Assembly: GCA_964572855.1 (NCBI GenBank)
Contig: CAZNGF010000002.1
Location: 30,551 to 94,550, forward strand
DNA length: 64,000 nt
Reading direction: 5' to 3'
Source: an uncultured Thermotogae bacterium
Lineage (GTDB): Bacteria; Bipolaricaulota; Bipolaricaulia; RBG-16-55-9; JAJCYT01
In this document: positions 57,734 to 64,000 of the stretch, in pieces
Layout: each line of letters begins with the position of its first letter
Position numbering within the stretch: position 1 is the stretch's first letter
Notes under the pieces: generated by a model
Told to the model about the DNA's origin: nothing
Databases searched by the model: none
Seen by the model: the letters and a program-made list of their open reading frames with translations, nothing else
Made by a program: the position numbers and the translations under genes

Positions 57734-59061
57734 GCGCCAACGGATGGATCAAGGCGTACCGCGACAAGTCCGTCACGGCCGAGGAGGCCGTGGGCGTGAT
57801 CCAAAGCGGCCAGCGACTCTACGTGAGCGCCAACGCGGCCACGCCCTTCCACCTGCTGGAGGCGCTGGCGCGGCGCGGCCCCGAACTCGAGGACGTCGAG
57901 GTGCTGCACGTCCTGCTGCTGGGCCAGGGCCACGAGGACCCGCTCTCCCGGCCCGAGCTCGAGGGGCACTTCCGGCACAACTCGCTGTTCGTCGGGCCGG
58001 CCGACCGCGAAGCCGTCAACACCGGGCGGGCGGACTACGTGCCCATCTTCCTCTCCGAGATCCCCGACGTGCTGCGCACGACGCTGCAGCCCGACGTGGC
58101 GGTCATCCACACCTCGCCCCCCGACGAGCACGGCTTCATGAGCCTGGGCGTGGAGTGTCTGAACACCAAGGCGGCGGTCGAGTCCGCCACCACCGTGATC
58201 GCCCAGGTGAACGAGCGCATGCCGCGCACGCTGGGCGACTCGTTCGTGCACGTCTCCTCGGTGCACCACGTCGTCGAGGTCAACGAGCCCCTGCCCACGC
58301 TCGACACCGGCGAGCCCGATCAGGTCTCGCGCCAGATCGCCAGCCACATCGCGCCGCTGATCGAGGACGGGGCCACGCTCCAGTTGGGGATCGGCGCGAT
58401 TCCGGACGCCGTGCTGCGCCTGCTCAAGGACCGTACCGACCTGGGCGTGCATACCGAGATGGTCTCCGACGGCGTCATGCAGCTCATGGAACTGGGCGTG
58501 ATCACGGGCCGGCGCAAGAGCCTGCACCGCGGCAAGGTGATCTGCACCTTCATCCTGGGCACCGAGGACCTCTACGACTTCGTCCAGGACAACCCGGCCT
58601 TCGAGGTGCACCCGTGCGACTACACCAACGACCCCTTCATCGTGTCACAGAACGAGAAGATGGTCGGCATCAACTCGGCCATCGAGGTCGACCTCTCGGG
58701 GCAGGTGTGTTCGGACTCCATCGGGCCCAATATCTACAGCGGCTTCGGCGGCCAGCTCGACTTCATCCGCGGCGCGGCCCGCTCCAAGGGCGGCGTCCCG
58801 GTGATCGCGCTGCCGTCCACGGCCAAGGGCGGCAAACTCTCGCGCATCGTGCCGTATCTGAAGGAGGGCGCGGGCGTGGTCACGACGCGCGGGGACGTCC
58901 ACTGGGTCGTCACCGAGTACGGCGCGGTCAACCTGCACGGCAAGAACCTGCGCGAGCGGCTCGACGCGCTCGTCTCGATCGCGCACCCCGACTTCCGCGA
59001 GGAGCTGGCCCAATCCGACTACGCGCAGCGGTTCAAGCGGGGCGTGCGAACCAAGGGCTAA
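57730..59061 (+). CDS. Acetyl-CoA hydrolase/transferase family protein (4-hydroxybutyrate / succinyl-CoA:acetate CoA-transferase-like).
   Basis: 443 aa, conserved ...EVDLSGQVCSDSIGPNIYSGFGGQLDFIRGA… C-terminal CoA-transferase motif. Confidence 0.75.
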   Translation: MSANGWIKAYRDKSVTAEEAVGVIQSGQRLYVSANAATPFHLLEALARRGPELEDVEVLHVLLLGQGHEDPLSRPELEGHFRHNSLFVGPADREAVNTGRADYVPIFLSEIPDVLRTTLQPDVAVIHTSPPDEHGFMSLGVECLNTKAAVESATTVIAQVNERMPRTLGDSFVHVSSVHHVVEVNEPLPTLDTGEPDQVSRQIASHIAPLIEDGATLQLGIGAIPDAVLRLLKDRTDLGVHTEMVSDGVMQLMELGVITGRRKSLHRGKVICTFILGTEDLYDFVQDNPAFEVHPCDYTNDPFIVSQNEKMVGINSAIEVDLSGQVCSDSIGPNIYSGFGGQLDFIRGAARSKGGVPVIALPSTAKGGKLSRIVPYLKEGAGVVTTRGDVHWVVTEYGAVNLHGKNLRERLDALVSIAHPDFREELAQSDYAQRFKRGVRTKG

Positions 59062-59106
59062 ACGCCTTGAGCCTTCGCGCAAGCACCGCTATAATGGCCC
59101 GCATCC

Positions 59107-59182
59107 GTCCCCATCGTCTAGCGGCCTAGGACACCGCTCTTTCAAGGCGGCGGCGGGGGTTCGAATCCCCCTGGGGACGCCA
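59107..59182 (+). tRNA. tRNA-Glu (anticodon UUC).
   Basis: GTCCCCATCGTCTAGCGGCCTAGGACACCGCTCTTTCAAGGCGGCGGCGGGGGTTCGAATCCCCCTGGGGACGCCA. The acceptor stem pairs GTCCCCA with TGGGGAC, the anticodon loop is CTTTCAA, and CCA is encoded. A TATAAT hexamer lies ~15 nt upstream. Confidence 0.9.
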
Positions 59183-59314
59183 GTTGGACACTGCCAGGTC
59201 AGCAAACCCCGCTTTGAAGGTTGGAACCAGCGTTTCGTGCCCGACTCCGAAGATCAACACGAGAAAAAAAGCGCACGATACCTCCTTCTTTCGCTTATCA
59301 TACAACAGAGGGAA

Positions 59315-59353
59315 GGATGTAGTAAAGAGACAGCTTAGGCAGGCTGAAGCTGG
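59315..59353 (+). repeat. Direct repeat copy 1 (39 bp) flanking the two-gene cassette downstream of tRNA-Glu.
   Basis: GGATGTAGTAAAGAGACAGCTTAGGCAGGCTGAAGCTGG matches 60476..60514 at 35/39 positions. The last 21 bp are identical. Confidence 0.7.
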
Positions 59354-59439
59354 AGGTTCTCCACTTTGGCTTCGGCGAAATGGCGGGGGGCATGCGGCTG
59401 GTGGGGGCAGGCGCCAGCCCTTCGAGCTACAATGAGGGC

Positions 59440-60186
59440 ATGGTTTCCAATGTGCTCGCCCTGAAACGGCTTCAATCCGGTTTCAATGCGCTCCCCTTCC
59501 ATTCACCCCACAAGGGAGAAGAGGATCAATTCCGAGCGGCCTGGGGCCAGATTCTCAACGCCTCCGGCCTCGACACCGAGCTTGAGCGCGCCTTCGACGA
59601 GCTTGCGGGCTTACTATCGCCGCTGTGTGGAGCACGAACAGAGGAGGCGGTAAGCGAAGCCGTCGAGACGTTGCTGCCACACTACGGCTTGTGGAAGGTG
59701 AAACTCTCGGCCGTCCTGGTGAACTCGTTGGAGGAAGGCAAGGCGCACGAGTTCCTGCACGCCTATGGTGAGGGAATGAATGAGGCTCAGCACCTTTTCG
59801 ACCGCGCAGACACGAGCACAAGCGAAGAGACCGCAGAACTTCTCCACTCCGCGTTCGAAGGCATCGCCCTCTACAGCGAGAACATGCTGGGTGCCCTGTT
59901 AGAGGACGGCAGGGACGCTCTCAACGAGGCGCATGTCGAGGCCACCTTCAATCGGTACCTCAAAGCCGACCTCCTGGTCCTGACCGCGGCCATGATGATC
60001 AACGGTGAGCTGCAAGGCTGGGATCATCAGACGCTGGCGGGGGTCGCTTCGCAAGCGGACGTCCACGTGGAAGCCATCGAGGACTACCTCATCGGCCATG
60101 ATCCAGCGCTCAGGGAACGCTTGCAAGACGACACCGACGACAGCATCTCGCTGGACGAGATGATGCGGCAGCTCGACTCGGCATGA
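59440..60186 (+). CDS. Hypothetical protein (249 aa from ATG 59440), acidic, no recognisable domain. Translationally coupled to the downstream RelE/ParE toxin gene.
   Basis: The ORF sits in a lower-GC stretch. A TACAAT hexamer at 59425-59430 ends 9 nt before the ATG, suggesting a possibly leaderless mRNA. The stop overlaps the toxin start (ATGA). Confidence 0.5.
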   Translation: MVSNVLALKRLQSGFNALPFHSPHKGEEDQFRAAWGQILNASGLDTELERAFDELAGLLSPLCGARTEEAVSEAVETLLPHYGLWKVKLSAVLVNSLEEGKAHEFLHAYGEGMNEAQHLFDRADTSTSEETAELLHSAFEGIALYSENMLGALLEDGRDALNEAHVEATFNRYLKADLLVLTAAMMINGELQGWDHQTLAGVASQADVHVEAIEDYLIGHDPALRERLQDDTDDSISLDEMMRQLDSA

Positions 60187-60446
60187 TCGAAGTCAGGCTC
60201 AGCCCAAGAGCCGTCAAAGACCTCAAGAAACTAGACCCTCAAGACCGCCAGAGAATCGCAGCGAAGCTCCAAGAGCTTCGGGAACACCCCAAGCCAGCCG
60301 CCCTCCTGAACGCCCTCCAAGGATACTCCACACTCTACAAAATACGCATCGGCCACTGGCGCGCCATCGGGCCGTTCGACGGCGAACGCTTCCTCGTGAG
60401 GTGGATCGGGAAGCGCGACGACGTCTACAAGCAGCTCCGACGCTGA
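60183..60446 (+). CDS. Type II toxin-antitoxin system toxin, RelE/ParE superfamily.
   Basis: 87 aa, MIEVRLSPRAVKDLKKLDPQDRQRIAAKLQELREHPK…YKIRIGHWRAIGPFDGERFLVRWIGKRDDVY is the typical RelE/ParE fold signature. Confidence 0.7.
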   Translation: MIEVRLSPRAVKDLKKLDPQDRQRIAAKLQELREHPKPAALLNALQGYSTLYKIRIGHWRAIGPFDGERFLVRWIGKRDDVYKQLRR

Positions 60447-60475
60447 TCCATCACGGGCCAGAGGTGCCAGCCAAT

Positions 60476-60514
60476 GGATGTGGTAAAGAAGCGGCTTAGG
60501 CAGGCTGAAGCTGG
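60476..60514 (+). repeat. Direct repeat copy 2 (39 bp).
   Basis: GGATGTGGTAAAGAAGCGGCTTAGGCAGGCTGAAGCTGG, located 30 nt after the toxin stop. Confidence 0.7.
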
Positions 60515-60605
60515 CTCGAAACCGGGCGTTGCCTTGTTGGTCCAGTTGTTCAACGAAGCTCTTCTGCTTCTTGACCACGTTTCAACGCCGCCGCGACACC
60601 ATAGC

Positions 60606-62039
60606 TTACTCCCCATCGGTGCGCCGCGGGAGCCAGACCGCAAACGCCGCGCCCCCGTCCGTCCCGTCCGCCAGCGCGATACGCCCTTCGTGCTTTTCCA
60701 CGATCTCCTTGGCGATGGCCAGCCCGAGACCGAGGCCAAAGTGCGTCCCCTGGCGCTTGGAGGTGAAGTTGGGCTCGAACACCCTCGCCTTGAGCGCGTC
60801 CGGCACGCCCGGCCCCGTGTCCTCGAAGCGGACCCAGACCCAATGGTCGTCGGCGCCGGTCGCGATCCGGAGCGTCCCGGTCTTGCCCATCGCGTCGCAG
60901 GCGTTCACGATCAGGTTGGTCCAAACCTGGTTCAGCTCGCCCGGGACCGCGCGGATCGGCGGCACGGGATCGAGTTCGAGCGCGAGGTTGAGGAATTTGA
61001 GCCGGTTGCTGAGCACCTTGAGCGTGTCGTTGAGCCCCGCGCGCACGTCGACCCACTCGGCCGTCTCGCCGGCCGGCCGGCTGTAGCTTTTCATGCTCTG
61101 GACCAAATCCGCGATCCGCAGGCCCGCCAGCTCGACCTTGCGCAGCAGCCGGCCGGACTCGTAGGCGGCCAGCCGCCGCTCCCAACCCTCGCCTTGTGCG
61201 CTTTCGATCAGCTCGAGCGCCTCCTCGGCCATGCCGGCCAGCTTGCGCAGGGTGGCGCGCCCGAGCTCGGGGAAGCGGCCCGACAGCGCGTCCATGCGCG
61301 CCCGGACGCGCTCGCTGTCGGCCAGCCCGCTGCCGTAGCCCAGCCCGAACAGCGCGCGCTCGGCCTCGGCATGGGAGAAGATCGTCTCCAGCGCCCCCTT
61401 TAGGTGGTCGCCGGCGCGCGTGAGCGAGGAGACCGGGTTGTTGACCTCGTGGGCGAAACCCGCGGCTAGCTGGCCCAGCGTGGCCATCTTCTCCTGGTGA
61501 ATGAGGCGCTGCTGGGTGCGCTCCAGGTCCCGATACGCCTCGGCCAGCTCGTTGCGCTCGCGCGCCAGCGCGTCGTTGAGCGCGTCAAGCCGCAGCTGCA
61601 GCGCGACGGTGTGCCGGTAGCGGTCCACCAGGTTGGCCAGCAGCAACTGCTGGATGTGGCCCTGCAGCCGCGGGTGCGCGCGCATGAGCGTCTCGAACTC
61701 GGCCATGTCGATCACGACGGCCTCGCCCGCCTCAAGGGCTCGCGCCGTCGTGAGCGAGGCCTGGCCGGTCGTCAGCGCGATGATGCCCATGAACGCCCCC
61801 GGCAAGAGCGAGTCCACCCGCGAGAGCCGGCCGTCGTCCCGCGCCTTGCAGAGCTCGACGCGCCCCTCGGTGAGCAGGTAGAGCTGCGAGAGCCGCTCGC
61901 CCTCGCGGAAGAGCACGTCGCCGGCCGCAAAGCACACCGTTTGCGTCTCGAGCTCGCTGAAGCGCTTGGAAATCCGCTTCAGCAAGTCGAGCAGCGCCCG
62001 GTGGTCCTCGAGCCAGCGCTGGCCGTAAGGAAAGTCCAC
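60606..62039 (-). CDS. Sensor histidine kinase with an N-terminal cyclic-nucleotide-binding (cNMP/CAP-effector) domain.
   Basis: cNMP-binding fold (…FAAGDVLFREGERLSQLYLLTEGRVEL…FMGIIAL…). A coiled-coil and DHp with H-box follow (FAHEVNNP), then HATPase_c (N-box NLIVNACDAM; G-boxes DTGPGV, GLGLGLAIAK). Confidence 0.8.
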   Translation of the reverse strand: MDFPYGQRWLEDHRALLDLLKRISKRFSELETQTVCFAAGDVLFREGERLSQLYLLTEGRVELCKARDDGRLSRVDSLLPGAFMGIIALTTGQASLTTARALEAGEAVVIDMAEFETLMRAHPRLQGHIQQLLLANLVDRYRHTVALQLRLDALNDALARERNELAEAYRDLERTQQRLIHQEKMATLGQLAAGFAHEVNNPVSSLTRAGDHLKGALETIFSHAEAERALFGLGYGSGLADSERVRARMDALSGRFPELGRATLRKLAGMAEEALELIESAQGEGWERRLAAYESGRLLRKVELAGLRIADLVQSMKSYSRPAGETAEWVDVRAGLNDTLKVLSNRLKFLNLALELDPVPPIRAVPGELNQVWTNLIVNACDAMGKTGTLRIATGADDHWVWVRFEDTGPGVPDALKARVFEPNFTSKRQGTHFGLGLGLAIAKEIVEKHEGRIALADGTDGGAAFAVWLPRRTDGE

Positions 62040-62041
62040 GG

Positions 62042-62536
62042 CTAGGCGTCGCTCAGCGAGCCGCCGCGGTGCAGACGGTCGGCCAGCCGCGCCGCGTCCA
62101 GCACGTCCATGTAGGGGAGCACGTCCCCCTCGCGGGCCAGCACGTACTCGGTGAGCTCGTCGCGCACGACCCGCTCCAGCGCTTCCCTGCGCCAGGGCTT
62201 GGCGATGTAGTGGTTCAGGTCGGCCTCGTTGACGGCCCGGACGGTCTCGTCCAGCCCGGCGTGGCCCGTGATCAGGACCTTGCGGCTGTGCCGGGTTTCG
62301 TCGCGGCCCTGCAGCTCGACCAGCAGGTCGACGCCGTCCTGGCCCGGCAGCAGGTGGTCGCAGAGCACGAGCCCGACGGCGTCGCCCTCGGCTGCGATGC
62401 GCTCTATGAGACGGCGGGCCGCTTCGGCCGAGGCGGCGGTCTCAATCGGGAAGCGGTCCTCGAACGCCGCCAGATCGGTCACGATCGCGTCGCACACGTC
62501 GGATTCGTCCTCAACCACCAGGATATAGATCGACAA
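62042..62536 (-). CDS. Stand-alone response-regulator receiver (REC) domain protein.
   Basis: ILVVEDESDV…D (phospho-acceptor Asp in LVLCDHLLPG)…KPW; 164 aa, no output domain. Confidence 0.75.
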   Translation of the reverse strand: MSIYILVVEDESDVCDAIVTDLAAFEDRFPIETAASAEAARRLIERIAAEGDAVGLVLCDHLLPGQDGVDLLVELQGRDETRHSRKVLITGHAGLDETVRAVNEADLNHYIAKPWRREALERVVRDELTEYVLAREGDVLPYMDVLDAARLADRLHRGGSLSDA

Positions 62537-62545
62537 AGCGCCTCC

Positions 62546-63943
62546 TTACCCGGCCGAAACCAGCGCCGGCCAGTAGAACAGCGCGGCCAGCGCCACCAGC
62601 AACAGGCCGACGGCCCCGACCACGAGGCCCGCGCGCGCCATGTCGCGCGTGGCGCACAGGCCGGTGCTGATCGCGATCGCGTTGGGCGGGGTCGAGATCG
62701 GCAGCACCATCGCCAGGCTGGCGGCCACCCCGATCACGAGGCTGCCCACCACCCAGTCGAGCGCCAGGCCGTCCCCGGCCAGCCCCAGGCTCACGCCCAG
62801 CGGGACGAGCAGCGTCGCGGTCACGGTGTTCGACAGGAAGTTGGACATGGCCATGGCCAGGGCCCCGAAGCCGAGCAAGAGCCAGGCGCTTCCCAGTGCG
62901 CCCCAGTCGACGCCCGCCACGACCCAAGCCGCCAGCCCCGTGTGTTCCATCGCCAGCCCCAGCGAGAGCCCGCCGGCCACCAGCCACAGGACCTCCCACG
63001 GCAGGCGGCGCACCTCCTCGCGGGTCACGACCCCGGTGGCCGTCAGCAACGCGACCGGGACGAGCGCCACCATGCCGCTCTTGAGCCCGTGCAGCCCCTC
63101 GGTGACCCAGGCCAGCACGGTGAGCGCGAACACGCCGTAGAAGACCAGCGCGGGCCGGCTGCGGTCGAACGCGCCCTCGAGCTTGAGCCGCAGGGCCGCG
63201 GCCCGCGGCCGGTAGAGCGCCAGCAACACGCCCCAGGCGCACAGCAGGCCGACCGCCGCCAGCGGCAGGGCCAGGATCATCCAATCCGTGAAGGCGATTT
63301 CGACGCCCTGGCGCGCCAGCGACTGGAGCACGACGGCGTTGGGGGGCGTGCCGATCGGGGTGGCGATCCCGCCGATGTTGGCCGCAAACGGCACGCCCAG
63401 GGCCAAGCCCACGCGGAACGGGTCCCCCGGCTCGAGTTGCGCCACCACCGGCAGCACGACCGTGACCATCATGGCCGTGGTGGCCGTGTTGCTCATGAAG
63501 GCCGAAAGCGCCGCGGTCACGGCCATCAGGCCCAACAGGATGTAACGCGGACGCGTCCCGAACGGCCGCAGCAACAGCCGCGTCAGGTTGCGGTCGAAGC
63601 CGTGCTTGACCGCCGCGGCAGCCAGCACGAACCCGCCCAGAAACAGCACGACGATGGGGCTGGCCAGCGTGGCCAAGTAGTCCGCGTACGGCAGCGGCGC
63701 GTAGCCGCGCGCCCGGTGCGCCTCACCCAGCGGCCCCTCGCCGCTCAAGAGCGCGACCTCCAGCAGGATGATCAGCAACGAGGTGGCGTAGATCGGCACG
63801 GGCTCGAACAGCCAAAAGGCCGCCGCCAGCAGGAACACGCTCAGCGCCAGTTGGCCGGCAAAGCCCAGCCCCGCCGGCGGCAAAACGAAGGGGAGCACGA
63901 AACCGAGTGCACCCAGCGCCAGCCCCAACCGGGCAGCGCTCAT
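62546..63943 (-). CDS. DASS/SLC13-family anion:Na+ symporter (second copy in the window).
   Basis: 465 aa, polytopic, with the same repeat-unit motifs as the 1436..2839 product (…SNTATTAMM…, …TPPNAI…). Confidence 0.75.
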   Translation of the reverse strand: MSAARLGLALGALGFVLPFVLPPAGLGFAGQLALSVFLLAAAFWLFEPVPIYATSLLIILLEVALLSGEGPLGEAHRARGYAPLPYADYLATLASPIVVLFLGGFVLAAAAVKHGFDRNLTRLLLRPFGTRPRYILLGLMAVTAALSAFMSNTATTAMMVTVVLPVVAQLEPGDPFRVGLALGVPFAANIGGIATPIGTPPNAVVLQSLARQGVEIAFTDWMILALPLAAVGLLCAWGVLLALYRPRAAALRLKLEGAFDRSRPALVFYGVFALTVLAWVTEGLHGLKSGMVALVPVALLTATGVVTREEVRRLPWEVLWLVAGGLSLGLAMEHTGLAAWVVAGVDWGALGSAWLLLGFGALAMAMSNFLSNTVTATLLVPLGVSLGLAGDGLALDWVVGSLVIGVAASLAMVLPISTPPNAIAISTGLCATRDMARAGLVVGAVGLLLVALAALFYWPALVSAG

Positions 63944-64000
63944 CCCCGTGTGCGCGTCCCCTCAAGCATGGTGGCTCCAGTGTAGCCCGGGGCGGCGCCG

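Noticed and set aside
59315-60514. The two 39-bp direct repeats translate to similar peptides (DVVKRQLRQAEAG / DVVKKRLRQAEAG) in two track ORFs (59184..59435 and 60474..61403).
   Set aside because: Both host ORFs are otherwise implausible: one is intergenic after a tRNA, the other is antisense to a well-supported histidine kinase. The peptide similarity is a consequence of nucleotide repeat identity, not evidence of coding.

Overview
This is a 64 kb window from a high-GC (~68%) bacterial chromosome. Both strands are densely coding; the many long antisense or overlapping ORFs in the track are GC-bias artefacts.

Most of the window is core metabolism and housekeeping. Called genes, in order:
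- the 3' end of a Kef/CPA2-type K+ antiporter;
- tmRNA (ssrA), minus strand;
- a DASS/SLC13 transporter and a tandem-domain universal stress protein;
- an orphan 2-oxoacid dehydrogenase E1-alpha, and prs;
- a secreted beta-helix protein;
- a livJ-livH-livM cluster with no ATPase genes, translationally coupled to a DRG/TGS GTPase;
- a complete rbsR-rbsK-rbsD-rbsA(half-size)-rbsC-rbsB operon with a LacI-type operator palindrome;
- a TauE/SafE exporter and a YVTN beta-propeller protein;
- an oppABCDF-type peptide ABC operon, a LEA_2-like protein, gcvT, gpsA, uvrC and rlpA;
- groES-groEL behind a CIRCE-like element;
- a full his operon (hisG-D-C-H-A-B-F-IE) preceded by a 27-codon HHH leader peptide and followed directly by purH;
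- an M32 carboxypeptidase, a rhodanese plus CaCA antiporter pair, a GNAT acetyltransferase, alanine dehydrogenase and an acetyl-CoA hydrolase/transferase;
- tRNA-Glu(UUC);
- a cNMP-binding histidine kinase, a stand-alone receiver and a second DASS transporter.

The most interesting stretch is an accessory cluster at about 3.9-11.5 kb:
- a ~970-aa secreted CARDB / Cna-B(SdrD-B) / PKD surface protein;
- two c-di-GMP-I (GEMM) riboswitch-like leaders, each immediately upstream of one of two paralogous small secreted proteins whose N- and C-termini resemble donor-strand pilins (SCPU/Csu-like);
- a group-3 (sigma-B/F/G-type) alternative sigma factor gene lying between them;
- three copies of a shared promoter-like motif, GTCTA-N15/16-GGTATA(A/C)T, resembling sigma-B-type promoters;
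- a secreted chaperone-like protein with a C-terminal dockerin-type Ca-binding repeat pair, and another secreted protein;
- no usher gene.

A second point of interest is a lower-GC two-gene cassette just 3' of tRNA-Glu. It is bounded by 39-bp imperfect direct repeats and encodes a 249-aa unknown protein translationally coupled to a RelE/ParE-family toxin.

No CRISPR arrays, rRNA genes, transposases or integrases were recognised.
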